A DNA stretch of 64,000 bases, taken from contig PDIP01000098.1 in NCBI GenBank assembly GCA_002811645.1, positions 86,701 through 150,700 on the forward strand, written 5' to 3'. The position numbers were made by a program, and so were the translations under genes. The notes under the pieces were generated by a model. That model worked only from the letters and a program-made list of their open reading frames with translations, was not told the DNA's origin and did not search any database. The stretch is from Corallochytrium limacisporum Hawaii (Eukaryota; Protista; Pluriformea). Below are positions 63,581 through 64,000 of the stretch, piece after piece; position 1 is the first letter of the stretch; every line of letters begins with the position of its first letter.

Positions 63581-64000
63581 GGGGGGGGGGGGGGTCGTTG
63601 GTGGTCAACAGCCAACACACCTCGAGGCTGCCCCTGCGCCTGCCGTACATTTTATACATCCCCGCAACGCAAACCGCCAACACCTGCGGCTAGAGAACAG
63701 GAAGTACTCGCAATCTCTTTCCTGTTGATACTTTCAGCCCCTTTTATGAAAAAACCCCTGTTTTTTTTTTAGAACTTTGTCCTCGTGTACTTTGTATATT
63801 TGTATTTTTTGTGGATCCCCGAAAATTAATTCCGAAACGACAGTCAAAGGTCAAAGTGCAATATAATCAAGAAAGGGTCCGTCCCGGAAGGGTCAAACGC
63901 CTCGGTGTTTTTATCACTGTGGGTTCCAGGAATTTTAAATTATTGTTTCTTTTTCCATCTGTCACCGTTGTGGTAGCCACTCCCCTCGGCCTCTCCCTCC

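Noticed and set aside
1-64000. CRISPR arrays, rRNA, transposase or reverse-transcriptase genes
   Set aside because: No repeat-spacer arrays, rRNA signatures or mobile-element motifs were recognised by eye

Overview
Eukaryotic draft-assembly window (six N gaps) with 18 well-supported protein-coding genes, each a single uninterrupted ORF: WDR12/Ytm1, a Zn2Cys6-PAS transcription factor, CPSF2, a NOSTRIN-like F-BAR/HR1/SH3 protein, Tousled-like kinase, Yae1-like, SEC63, cytoplasmic dynein intermediate chain, ALKBH8, WW-Cwc2, GCDH, an orphan membrane protein, a membrane-anchored Agd3/CE18-like deacetylase, TACO1/YebC, a GT64-like::B4GALT7 fusion, ATE1, ZUP1 and Kintoun/DNAAF2. The mix of animal-type genes (NOSTRIN, B4GALT7, ZUP1, TLK) and fungal-type genes (Zn cluster, Cwc2, Agd3), with intronless CDSs, suggests a unicellular holozoan such as Corallochytrium; this is inference and was not checked. 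Best leads: (1) a YAG 6-9 nt before the ATG in 8 of 18 genes, often with a GTRAG donor 30-115 nt upstream, suggesting hidden 5'-leader introns or trans-splicing; (2) a recurring, apparently oriented upstream motif, TGGGGGCCTAWT, with five exact TAGGCCCCCA copies; (3) an ArgRS N-terminal-like tRNA-binding domain inserted in ATE1; (4) an EXT-like GT64 domain fused to B4GALT7, about 10 kb from a cell-surface hexosamine deacetylase, hinting at a glycosaminoglycan-like pathway. Family calls rest on motif recognition by eye; no database search was run. No tRNA, rRNA, CRISPR array or transposon was recognised.
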